Shown: positions 1 through 11,748 of the stretch, in pieces
How positions within the stretch are numbered: position 1 is the first letter of the stretch
How the letters are laid out: each line of letters opens with the position of its first letter
Source: Sphyrna mokarran
Lineage: Eukaryota
Assembly: GCA_024679065.1 (NCBI GenBank)
Contig: JAGIQG010000013.1
Location: 35,464,001 to 35,528,000 of the forward strand
Reading direction: 5' to 3'
Length of the DNA: 64,000 nucleotides
The notes under the pieces: model-generated
Databases searched by the model: none
What the model saw: only the letters and a program-made list of their open reading frames with translations
What the model was told of the DNA's origin: nothing
Position numbers and translations under genes: made by a program

Positions 1-240
1 GCCAGTCTTGGTGATAGTGTGAATATAAGGCCAGAAGCTTACTTCAGGATCAAATGTGACACTAAGATTTCAAACAGATTGGTTTAATCTCAGATCATTG
101 TGAGAGAGGGATGGCATTGGTAGCTAGGGGTCAGGACTGATGGGGAACTGAAAGCAATGTTTCTGCAGTGTTCAATGCAATTAAATTTGTTCCCATCTAG
201 TACTGGATGTTGGATAAACAATTTGATAGTTCAACATTTA
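1..240 (-). mobile_element. Degenerate L2-like LINE fragment
   Basis: Similarity to 56340-56440. Confidence 0.4.
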
Positions 241-2387
241 GGCAGAAAATGAATTAATAATATTAATGCAGTAGGCAAAACTTGAAGGGCCTACATTGCT
301 GGGTTTGCAGGCAGTGAGGTGGAGGCGGGGGAAGGTAATCTGAAAAAAATTACCTGGTGGCCTTCCCATTATCCTCCTGCTTGTTCCCACCCTGTTTGTA
401 ATTTTATTGGGAAAGAAGTGAGGCCTAGGGTGGCCACTCATCCTCTGTCCAATTGAATCTTTTAAGCTGCCAGTCAGTCAATCATAGAGAGAGATGGTTA
501 ATAATGGCTGCTTCCGGACTAGCAGTATTGTGCTTAGGCCTCACGAGGGAACAGAGGCCTTTTATCACAGGCCCTTGTTTCTGATTGGGATACACCTCCC
601 CCCCCCACCCCCACAATGAAGAATTTGCTCTCCTCTACTGGCCTCAATCCTCCCTCCTCTCACCTGGCCTCTCCATCATTAACCTCACCCCCGCCCCCCA
701 CTTCCCCTCCCAGGTCTTCCCTCAAAACCCCATTGCAACACCCCATAGCATTTAAATTGAAGCTGGCTCCAGCATTTAGACTCATGGAATTAGGTGCAGT
801 TCCAACATTGGCCATTGCTTCTGTTGGCGCTGTGGGGCTACAGCCAATTAACATTCCCTGAAATGTTAAATTAGTAAGGAGCAGCCAGCATTGGCAGAAG
901 TGTGTTTCCTACCAACTCTATGGATGAAGTTCTGTCTAGTGGAGGATTCTACATTGATAGTACTGAGGTGGAACTGGATGACATTAGCATGCATATGATA
1001 ACGAGTATGTGATAACCAGCATTCCTTTTTTGGACTAATAAAGCAAAATGTCCCAAGTTGTTTCACAGAAACAAAAGGCTTGGCCAGGATATTACTGCCT
1101 CTACCCCTGCCGTTTAAATAGCTGTTTGCTTTGATGCGATTGTATATTCCACCAGGTGGGTGGGGGCTGCAGAATTCTGGCCCTTGGGTCAGAAGGAAAT
1201 ATAAAATGTTGTCCTAAATACTCAGTCAAAGAAGTAGGTTATGGGGCGAGTTTCAAACGAGAGAGGAAATGATGCTTGAAAGCAATCCTTTCTTAGTCTG
1301 GCCAATCTTACAAAATGGTGACCATCAGGCATTAAAAGATACAGTGGTATTAAAGAAAGCTGAGGTATGAATATCAGAATCAGAAATTAACACTTGCGAG
1401 ACAAATGTGCTCAGCAGCAAACGTTTGCCTTTTACCTATCAGCTGTATAAGCAACTAAGAAGGACAGATGAAAAATGAATGTCTGAAACTCACTGTGGCT
1501 TGTCCCTAAGGCAGCTCAGTTGGAAATTTTGCCCTGGCAATAGCTCAGGACCGCCGCTTAATATCCCAAGTGGTCAGATGCACTTTCACAGTGGATAAAA
1601 GAACCTGGACAATTTGAGAACATACAATCATAGAACCCCTGCTGTGCCGAAGAGGCCATTCTGTCCATTGAGTTTGCACTGACTTTCTGACAAGAATATC
1701 TTAGCCAGGTTTCCAACAGGCAATTCAAGTTAGCATTACCCCAAGAGAACTTTTCAAGTAAACAATTATTTTCTATGTTCCTTTGTGCACTGTAAGGGTT
1801 AAAATTGGTTAACAATAAAAACAGGCTTATTAGTATCAAGTTACATTTGAATTTCACAGTTCCAATGGAAAGTTGCTTGTGGTGTGAAATTAGCTGTCAA
1901 ATTGATAGCTGGTCATTTCTAATAGTGGCGACCTATTCGGAATCTAGTGATCATTCCGATAGCTTGTCTCTGCCTCTAAAGCTTGAATGTTTCCGTCTTT
2001 AACCTTCTCTCTCAGTCTATTTTAGTATGATTTGTGAAGTAAATATAGCATCCATTTGTCTTCAGACCTTCTAGACCTATTTCATAGCCTCAGGTTTTCT
2101 GTTATTCTCACCAAACCTCACAGCTTTCACAGCATCAGAGGAGAGCTTTCTGGCTGCATATATTTTCCTAAATTAGGTCAGTTTCTTGACAAGGTCAGAC
2201 ATTTCCAATTAATGGCATATTTCTTTTCTTTTTTAAACACCTTATGACTATGGTTTGAAAATCAAGAATACTGTTGAGACAATGCCAGTAATATTATCAT
2301 ATTTTGTTAGTAGTAAAATACCCACATATTTTTGGCTTGTTTCATTAATTGCAGAAGCATAACTATTCCCTGCTTGTCTGCAGACAA

Positions 2388-2712
2388 CGGGCAGCATGCT
2401 GCTTCACAGCTCTAGGGACCTGGGTTTGATTCCTGGCTTCGATCACTGACCGTGTGGAGTTTGCACATTCTCCTCGTGTCTGCGTGGGTTTCCTCTGGGT
2501 TCTCCGGTTTCCTCCCAGAGTCCAAAGATGTGTGGCTAAGTTTGATTGGCCATACTAAAAAAAAAAATTGCTCCTCAGTGTCCTGAGATGCTTAGGTTAG
2601 GGGGATTAATGGGTAAATGTGTAGAGATATGAGGGTAGGGCCTGGGTGGGATTGTGCTCGGTGCAGACTCAATGGGCCTCTTTCTGCACTGTAGGATTCT
2701 ATGATTCTATGA
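2388..2712 (+). mobile_element. HE1-like V-SINE, CR1-type tail
   Basis: tRNA-like head, V-core (gtgtggagtttgcacattctc...ggtttcctccca), tail ctgcactgtaggattctatg. Confidence 0.85.
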
Positions 2713-3351
2713 CTATGTACAGCTTACAATGTCAGTTTTAAAAACTGTCCTTTGAATCAACAACAAATGAGATATTAAGGCACATCTTACTTCCGTACCA
2801 TATACCCATGACTGAATCTGCCTCACCAGCTTCTCCCTATTCTAACTTAACTGCCTGCCTCCACCGTTACCGTGGAGTGACAGGCTCCTCGACTGTGTTC
2901 ATGCCATTTTCTGCTCTTCTGCTTTACACATTTCCAGTTGTCCTGCTTCCACCCCACCAGCCTCCACATTTAGTGGATCATCTTCCGTAATTTTTCCACC
3001 TACAGACAAAGCTTCCCCTTTCAACATTCTGAAGCTAGGCACCGTTCCCTCCATGGCACTGTGATCCTCCAACACTCCTTTCCCCCATTCCGCAGAACCT
3101 TCCTATGCAGAATCAGGAGATGCAACCTCCCAATCTTAGATCTCCTCCCTTTCCTCCATCCAGATTCCCAAATATTCCTTCGAAATCAAATGGCAATTTA
3201 CTTGCAGTTTTTTCAATTTAGCATATGGGTATTTGCTGCATGTGGTGCTGTGTCAACCTCCTACAGCTGTAATGGAAGTCAACGATAGCTCAAGAAACAG
3301 CATCACATTTTTCAATGAGGCACTTTTCACCTTCCGACTCAACATCACAGT

Positions 3352-3655
3352 GATAGAATCCTACACTGCAGAAGGAGGCCACTCGGCCCATTGAGTCTGC
3401 ACTGACCACAATCTCATCCTGGCCCTATCCCCATAACCTCATGCATTTATCCTAGCTAGTAACCCAGGAGCAATTTACCATGGCCAATGCACCTAACGCA
3501 TTCTTCCGGACTGTGGGAGGAAACCAGAGCACCCAGAAGGAAACCTATGCAGACGCGGGGACAACGTGCAAATTCTACATAAACAATAATTCAAGCCGGG
3601 AATCAAACCTGAATCCCTGGCACTGTGAGGCAGCAGTGCTAACTACTGTGCCACC
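3352..3655 (-). mobile_element. HE1-like V-SINE, CR1-type tail
   Basis: Reverse complement of the same consensus. Confidence 0.85.
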
Positions 3656-4345
3656 ATACCACTATTGAGTATAATCATTTCAGATTATAGCCGCTGCTCC
3701 TATTTTAATTTTTTGGAAAGCAGTTACTAGTACTGATTTTGCTTAACATTTTTGGCTCCTCTAACCCTATCTTTTTGGTGTCTGTACTTGTCTCGTTACC
3801 ACCCCTTTTTGCTTTGCACTATCATTCTTTATGTCATTTATGTTGTAAGATCCCACCTCTGACACCCATGATGTACTTTGACTGCAACTGGTAAAAGAAC
3901 AACTGCACAGGCATAGATATTCCTGAACAATAACGGCTTCAATTAGATGAATACTACCAGGTATAGATATACCAGTCTGTGGGTGGGATTTTATGGGCCT
4001 GTTGTGGTGAAGACAAGGCTGGAAAATCCAGTGAGCCTTTCAAAGCTCCATTAACTTGGGAGGTGGGGACAGTAAAATTCCACCCAATTGATGTCACTTT
4101 GTCTAATCCATAAGCTTTCTCCTTCTCAACTCCTAATCAGGGCTTCTCTCTTACATAATCATGTAGGTGGTACTGTTTTGCTAGTCCCAAACATTAACCC
4201 TTTCAGCCCCAAACATTACAATTTAATAGCTCCTGCCTAAACCTTATCCCAGCTCTTCTTTTTTATTCTTACCTTCCTCTCCCAGTTGCTTAAAAAAGTT
4301 TCATCTCTAACATTTTCCAGGTCAGACAAAATATCTTCGGCCTGA

Positions 4346-4646
4346 ATCCTACAGTGCAGAAAGGGGCCACTCAACCTATCAAGTCTGCACCGACCACATT
4401 CCCAACCAGGCCCTGTCACCGTAGCTACATGCATTTACCTAGCTAGACCCCTGACACTAAGAGGAATTTGGCATGGTCAATTCATCTAACCTGCACATCT
4501 TTGGACTGTGGGAGGAAACAAAAACACCCAGAGGAAACCTATGCAAATACAGGAAAAATGTGCAAACTCCATACAGTGACCCAAGCTGGGAATCAAACCC
4601 AGGACCCTGGTGCTGTGAGGCAGCAATGCTAACTACTGTGCCACCC
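4346..4646 (-). mobile_element. HE1-like V-SINE, CR1-type tail
   Basis: Reverse complement of the same consensus. Confidence 0.85.
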
Positions 4647-6186
4647 ATTCTCAACATTCAATCTATTTCTTCCTTCAGAGATACTGCCTAATTTGTTGAG
4701 TTTTTCTAACATTTTCGATTTTATCCCTGCCACTTAGTAACTCATCTTTCTCTATATAAAGAAATTCCTGAAAATGGGGGTATTAATCCCCAAAAATGAT
4801 GGATTTGGTTTGGGTGGCAGGTTAAAAAGCTAAACAGCAATGGAAGCATTGCTTAAGAATGCCAACTGTTTGTTCAATCACATCTCATGGAACTAATTGT
4901 TGACCAGCTTTGTAACTGCCCAAGTTTCTAACAAGAGTCATGTCCAAAGGAAATATTCCTTGTAATGTAAAAGCTTCCTGGAAGCTTAGCACTATGTTGG
5001 AACAAAGATGGTAGTGGGGGCTGGCATAGGATGAGAATCGTAATTGCTGCCAGAATGCAGCGCCCAATGTTGCAAATCAACTGCACTTTGAGGAGTAAAA
5101 TTTATTTCAACTGCCAAATTGGGTGATCTCTCAAGACCATATAGGTGCAGCCTATGTCAGCTTGCACCCTGGAGAAGTCCATCTTGTAGGCAACAACTAG
5201 TGTTCCCTTATCCTAATTTGCTCTGCCCAGGGGGAAGAAAGAGAGATATCAAGTTTTTCTCCTAGCTTGGAGGATCTTGCTGACCTCCTTAATTGATACA
5301 GCAATGGCCTGTGATAGGTTGCTGATTATTGATGCAGCCCAAACGGAGTCCACGGCATAAAGGTAAGGGGACCTTGACTGCTACAGGGTGCCCTAGTCTT
5401 AGTCTGAAGGTGGAGTTGTGCCTGCACCAACAGCTCGTAGACAGCTTCCTTTCTGCCCTGAAGTTGCCTCGTATGTCTGTTAGTGAAGTTTATATTAGGT
5501 GTAATGACACACTTTCAGAGACTTCATTAATGAGCAAGAAAGGATTAATTTAGTGACCTTCAAGAGCAGCAGTATTTTTGCACTTAGCTCCAAAATATTT
5601 CTGTAATTTGAAGAGATATTTTTGAAGAGTATTCTGAAGAGAACTCTTCCCTCTGGGGAGGTTCCCCACTCGGACTCTCAAGTTGCTCACTCACAGGGTC
5701 GTAGACGTACACAGCACAGCAAAGGTTCAGATGGCTCTTAGCTGTGTTACCTTTAGAGGAACAATCACCACAGTAGAGGAAGTCCTTGCTGAATTCACAC
5801 TATAAAGTCTGCTCCTGAAGTATCCTTCTTATTGTTGTTACTCTTACTTCCTTCATTCCTTGTTCCTGTTGCCCCTCCAGACCACATATAATGGTAGTCA
5901 ATTTCTCTCCCTTATAAGGTGTCCAAAAGCGATGCAACACCAATAAATAATCTTCTTAGTTATCAAACCTGACTTCTCTGAGTTAGAAAACCAACAGCCT
6001 AAAATGTAAAAAAAAACTAATTAACTTGTAAATACTTACATGGCTCCTCGAATTAACACTGTCAGGATTTCCTAACCAAAAAGCTGGTTTCATGTTGCCC
6101 TCTTAATATGCAACCCTTGCTTTTGAAACGGATGTGTGTTTGATTTCTCATTAAGTTACGCTGTTTTCATGTTCTATCTTGCCCAG

Positions 6187-6299
6187 GTCATCAGATGATA
6201 TACCCGGTGATAAATGCATTAATCACGCTTCTTGTTGCATGCTGCCTCAAGCTTCTGTTCAGTGTTGTGGTCATGATTAAAAGCCACAAACACTTCTGA
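6187..6299 (+). CDS. Candidate terminal TM exon of a convergent gene: (G)HQMIYPVINALITLLVACCLKLLFSVVVMIKSHKHF*
   Basis: Pyrimidine-rich acceptor ctgttttcatgttctatcttgcccag|, read in phase 1; long hydrophobic run with one internal Lys, basic tail, TGA, and AATAAA at 6420-6425. No upstream exons were found in the window. Confidence 0.5.
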
Positions 6300-7039
6300 A
6301 AAAAACCTAATGGCCTGGATAAGTGGTTGTGTGATCTCACTTCTATTCAGCTGAAGAACTCAAAATGGCAGATGTCGATTACATCAACTCCACCGCAACT
6401 AGCAACTGCATGACTTCAGAATAAACCTAAGAACACAAAGGAAGAGGTTTTCTGCACAATTTAAAATACAATACCAAACCAAAATGCACAGAGAACATAA
6501 TGGGACTATTTCTCTCTCTCTGTGGATAGAAGGGATTATTATTGATATGAATTGTGCCTTTTCTTTCTCATTGGTTATTTTCATCCTGTGATATTTAACA
6601 GATTAGAATATAGAAATGGCCAGCAATTGTGTGCAGATACTATTTTGATCACCATTGAATATATGAGTCAGAGGCCATTCTGAACTGGAATTGGGAGTTG
6701 GACTAATGCTGTCCTTTTTACTGCTCTTTAAATAAATGGCTGGAAACATGTCCATTTATTTTTACACTACTTAGAGAACATAAATGTGAAGGGAACATCG
6801 TGAAGCATTTTTTAATTGCTTTCATTGGTTAATAAAACATTGTCTGCTGAAAATTGGATCTGATCCATTTATTGCAACATGTAATTGCACCCTATTTGAC
6901 CAGGGGATGCAAACAGCATGCAAACTATATGCTGTCTACTCTTGTCCATGTTCCCATTATGCTATCCAATGTTAAATGCATTAGTGGGATGCCCACGTTT
7001 GTGCAATACTAGCATGAGTACAGGTTAGTTTTAAGAAAT

Positions 7040-7338
7040 GTGGCACAGTGGTTCACACTGCTGCCTCACAGCACCAGGGACCTGGATTCAATTTGCATGT
7101 TCTCCCCACGTCCCCATGGGTTTCCTTCAAATGCTCTGGTTTCTTCCCGCAGTCCAAGATAAGCAGGTTACGTGGACTGATCATGCTAAATTTGCCCTTA
7201 ATGTTCCAAGATGTGTAGGTTGGGGGATTATTGGAATAAATTAAGTTATGGGGTAAGATCTTTGTTGAGAAGTTGGTACAGATTCAATGGGCTGAATGGC
7301 CTCCTTTTACATTGTAGGGATTTTATGGTGATTCTATG
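7040..7338 (+). mobile_element. HE1-like V-SINE, CR1-type tail
   Basis: Head gtggcacagtggtt, V-core and tail. Confidence 0.8.
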
Positions 7339-9224
7339 ATGAAACTAGCTTTAAAGCCAACCTATGCCTGTTAGAGAGGAGGTGCATTTTGGATGCAGCA
7401 GATTTTGGAATTAGTCCTGGGAGTGCTTCTCAAATGAAAGAGAGAATTATGGGACAACAAACCATAGAAGAAGCTACAGAGATCCATCATCTCCGTTGTG
7501 CCTTAGTGAGGAAGACAGAGCAGGGAGGGAAGGTATTTTTCTTCAAGGGACCATGAGACATAAGGGAATCTGAGGTCATTGCAAGAAGTCTGGGCTGGAG
7601 GATCTGACTACAGTGTTTGGTAGTCACTGTAGTTATTTTAACAGACACTGTTGCACCCACGTGGGATGAAAGTACGTACTTGCCTTACACACTCTCTCAA
7701 ATCCCATTATGTCCCCAACTATAATCTGGTATAGATTACAAGCTGCAGATGGTGTGACCATCTCACCTCACGCTCTAAACCACATTACCAGAAAATCCCA
7801 CGCCGATGCATGTGGGGTAATGCTTGTGGGTTTGAACAGGTGCGTGTGCGTATATGTGTGTGCGTGCATTTCAGAGTCAATGATACTAATTTGTTTGTAC
7901 GTGTTTTAGAGTCAGGCCCATAAAGGCAGGTCAGGCATAAAATGAGTAATAGACTGACTGACGTCACAACCTGCCCACTCCACATGCTTCAGGTGCAGGT
8001 ACAGGCTGGTCTCACCATCACTGTTGGTAATCAGCCTGGGTCATGCCAGAAGCTGCTGCAAGCAAACACCCCATTGTGGCTCCTATAACACTGAAAGCAG
8101 TGATGCTTTGGAGTTGTAATTTGCAGCCTACGCTGTGTTTAAGGGATTTGACAATAGGTGCTGTCACTGCAGCATTTCAGCCTGGATGTTGCATTCAGGT
8201 ACTCCATCATAGTCATTCTATCATAATATAATTAGGCACATTTCACATAAAAGTGGCTGATCTGAGGATCTAAATTGCAATGATGTTCTATTGAGAATGT
8301 TCTTTAATATATGCCCCTTCTCACTTGCCTTCCCTCGAATGATGCAAGGCCATCCTCTCCAAAATCAGTGACAGTGATCAAACACTATCTTATTTTTACT
8401 GTATTTCTTTGTAGGATACAATTTTCAGCATTTTTCTTAGAAAACAAAGAACATTTGTAAATTTTAAATTAGAAGACATACGGAATGGAAAGCTTTCCAT
8501 TAGAAGTTAACTTGTCAGAGTAAAGTGGTTTCTCTATATGTAATATAGACTTTTAAAAGTCTGATTTTACACATATGAAGCCAGACAAAAATAATAATAG
8601 CAGGAGATTATTTAATACAGCTTAATTCCACCATGGCAGTAATTTTTCTTCTATTTCTTCTGATGACGATGACTTTTGCACACTTATAAGAGTTAATTTT
8701 AACTACTGGCAAAGGCCACACTTTGCAAAAGAAAATGACGCATGTGTGTCAATCAGTTAGTGAGCTACAGGGCACCACGTGTATAAAACCCTGCTTAAAC
8801 TCAGCAGTTCAAAGGGACTTGAAACTGACCAGTTCCTACACTACCACTCAGAGACTGGTGGGTGGATAAGAGGCCTTGAATACGCTGGTAACAACCCAGA
8901 ATTTGCTTTGTACGAGAGAGCCCAGGAAATCTCACAAAATGGAGATTAAACATTTCCCAGATAATTTGGTGAGCAGCTTTCGACAATCTCCCGAAAGACT
9001 ATTGGTTAGGCCATCTACAGAAGGAGCATTTGTTATTCAGTCTCTGCCTATTTTAAAAGTGGGGTCTTTCTTGCTGTGAAGATCAAAAAGTGCAAGGTGG
9101 GATGTGGGAATGAAGCTCCATGCCCATAATTTGGATCAAGTTAAAATCTACCCAATGATTTCATAAACACTACAACTCTCCCAATATCTAACTGACTTAA
9201 TGATAATTGACTGTGGTAAAGTTA

Positions 9225-9540
9225 ATGGACTACTGACCCCAAAGGTCTGGGTCAATGCTCTGGAGATGTAGGTCCAAGTCCCAAATGTGAATCCAATCGA
9301 TAAAATCTGAAATAGAGAGCTAATCTCAGTAATAATATCCATTAAATTATTATTAATTGTCATAAAAACCCATCTGGTTCACTAACATCCTTTAGGGAAG
9401 GAAATCTGACTTCCTTACCTGGTCTGGTCTCTACATGACTCCAGAACCACAGCAATGGGGTTGACACTTAATTGTCCTCTGGACTGGGATGTCACTCAGT
9501 GCAATAGTAATTAGGAACGAGCAAAAAAAAAAAACACATC
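9225..9540 (+). mobile_element. Second SINE family (non-V)
   Basis: aaaacccatctggttcactaa...catgactccagaaccacagcaatg...; related copies at about 54525-54830 (-) and 43870-44170 (-). Confidence 0.6.
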
Positions 9541-10168
9541 TCATGTAAGATTTTTTTTAAAAATTCAGTGCGTATGAATTTGGAAGCATGTATCAGAAGA
9601 CTAATTGATCAAATCTAACCCTGTTCTTATCAACTGTATGTAGTGGGAATCATGAGAAACTACAGATGGTTCTGGTGCTAGCTTGGAAACAGATGACCAT
9701 AAAAGCATTAATGGTGTTAATGATCTTCAACGCCATTCATTATACAGATTGGCTGTTGATATCTTCTAGCAGATGGTGTATCTTTAAAACTGTCTCTCTG
9801 CCAGACTGCAGCCTGAACAAACAGTGGTCCTCAGTCTATATCATGCCCACACAGAGTTGGTAACCTGATGGGCCTCCAGACAGTTGAATTCTAATACCAG
9901 CCTAGCTACTTGGCATGCCATCTTTCATCTAAGAGTAATTTATAGCTGAAACAGTACATTTTGTGCACTTCAAAAGCAACACTCCATCATTGATTTTACA
10001 GTGAAATGGCAAATAGAGGATTCTGTAACTTTACTGCTCCTGAGCTACTGTGAAAGCTGTGAGAAAACCCCTTTCCTATCCTCCTTTGTTAACTTTGTTT
10101 CTTGTTTCACTGTACTCTTGTAAATGGCACAGCTTCAGTTAAATGGCTGGTACTCCTGTGCACAGTAT

Positions 10169-10359
10169 TTTATTTTACACACACATTCTTTATTTGTGCA
10201 AATGAAAAAAGAAGGCCAATAAGCTATTCAAAACAATAAAAATTAAGAAAAAAATTATTCAGAAAACTGTTTGATATATCCAATCAAAATCTTGAAATAA
10301 ATTGAAGGTCCTGAATGGCCCATTCATTCCACCATATATACCTAAAATAAAGATTTATT
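10169..10359 (-). terminator. Candidate polyadenylation signals of the Ig gene
   Basis: AATAAA on the minus strand at 10169-10174, 10189-10194 and 10354-10359, 1.2-1.4 kb past the stop. The context is AT-rich, so support is weak. Confidence 0.35.
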
Positions 10360-11548
10360 AAAAAACCCTACTTCCTCATGCATGGCTAAATAAATGTCAT
10401 CGGAGCGCATAACCATTCTGACTTCGACTGCACAAATATACAAACTGTCGCACATAATACTGTCTCAATAAAGGCTATTCCTGGTCCCAGAAAATTTGCC
10501 ACACAATTATACTACAATTTCCAAGAATTGCTGAATAGCCTTGCCCTCACCACAACAAAGGTAAACCTTTAGCGCAATGCATATAGAAAATAATACCCAC
10601 TGATGTTTCAGAAACAAGCAAATTAAACTTGCCTGTCTTCTTTTCACCAACACAATCATCCTTCTGTCTGATATCAAAAGATGCACACAGAACATGAAGG
10701 CCATTTTCACTCATCTCCAATATTCCATCCAGATCATTCCTTGCATCAGCATTTCACTAGCACTTATTCTATTCGAGATTTCATTCCAAGTGTTGGCTGT
10801 TCTTTGCAACGACCGCTTATGTTCCGTCCCAAATTTGTCAGCACTTCTAGCATACATTTTACTGTCTTACACACTTAAACGAGGTCCCCTTCAGCCACCT
10901 CTTTCAAGGCTGAACTATAAAAGTTAATCCCGTCTCCTGCTATGGATCAATTTTGTGGCCCTTCTTCACATGACCTCCAGGATTGCTTTCTATTCCAGTA
11001 ACAAAGCTGACTATACCAATGATATGGTGCATTTTGTAAAGGCTGAATAATGTCCAGCAACTTCGTTCTCTGCTGATTGCTGAACCAAATTGCTCATCGA
11101 TAGGCAAAGAATTTCAAAACACAAAAAAGATTGGAAAACAAAATTGGTTGTGAAAAGTGTATTGCACATTTTACCTTTAGAACTAAAAGGTACTGGGAAG
11201 AAGGATGTGTGCAAAAATTAAATGCTGGCAACCATAAGAAGCAAAGCAACAGTTGGGCTGTTTGAACTAGCAGAGAAGCTGAGCGTTCCAGTATATGTGG
11301 TATCCAGTGAATAACGTTGCTACAAGTTTCTTCTCAGGCAAGGTTCACAAATGCTAATTTAAAAGAAAATGGTCATCACTCTGCAAAATTGAGTCAAGGC
11401 CCTCAAATTTTTGTTATTACATTTTGTTTGGCTGGGAAACAGTGTGAACATATTCTTAATCGCAGGTGATGTTTTGCTGCTATTTGGGACAGTTCCTATA
11501 GCAACAACAGAGTTACAAAAATAAGGAATTATATATTACATTGTCTTC

Positions 11549-11748
11549 TTATTCACCCTTAGGATCGTCAATGAATGTTTCGATTGGCGTCCAAAGGCTC
11601 TTTTCATTAGGAATTTTCTGTGGTTTCTTTGGCCTTAGGAAAAAATAAAGTCCAACACTGATCAGAACTATGAAGACTATAAACGGGTAGACAAATAAGA
11701 AGTAGAAGAGGGACGCTGATGCACAGGCCTTTGAGTGAAGGGTAGCAA
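11549..11748 (-). CDS. Exon 9: juxtamembrane Cys, TM helix (LFYFLFVYPFIVFIVLISVGLYFFL) and cytoplasmic tail (RPKKPQKIPNEKSLWTPIETFIDDPKGE*)
   Basis: Acceptor ttttttctctag| in phase 1; C-x4-LFYF..YPF pattern recalled from IGSF3/CD101 TM segments; basic stop-transfer residues; TAA stop. Confidence 0.9.

Noticed and set aside
1558-1857. 99-aa ORF with a signal-peptide-like start
   Set aside because: Runs through a SINE tail fragment (about 1630-1690) and has no recognisable domain.
2124-2176. Possible small plus-strand exon (IRGELSGCIYFPKL) upstream of the orphan TM exon
   Set aside because: It would begin in phase 2, and splice support is too weak to call.
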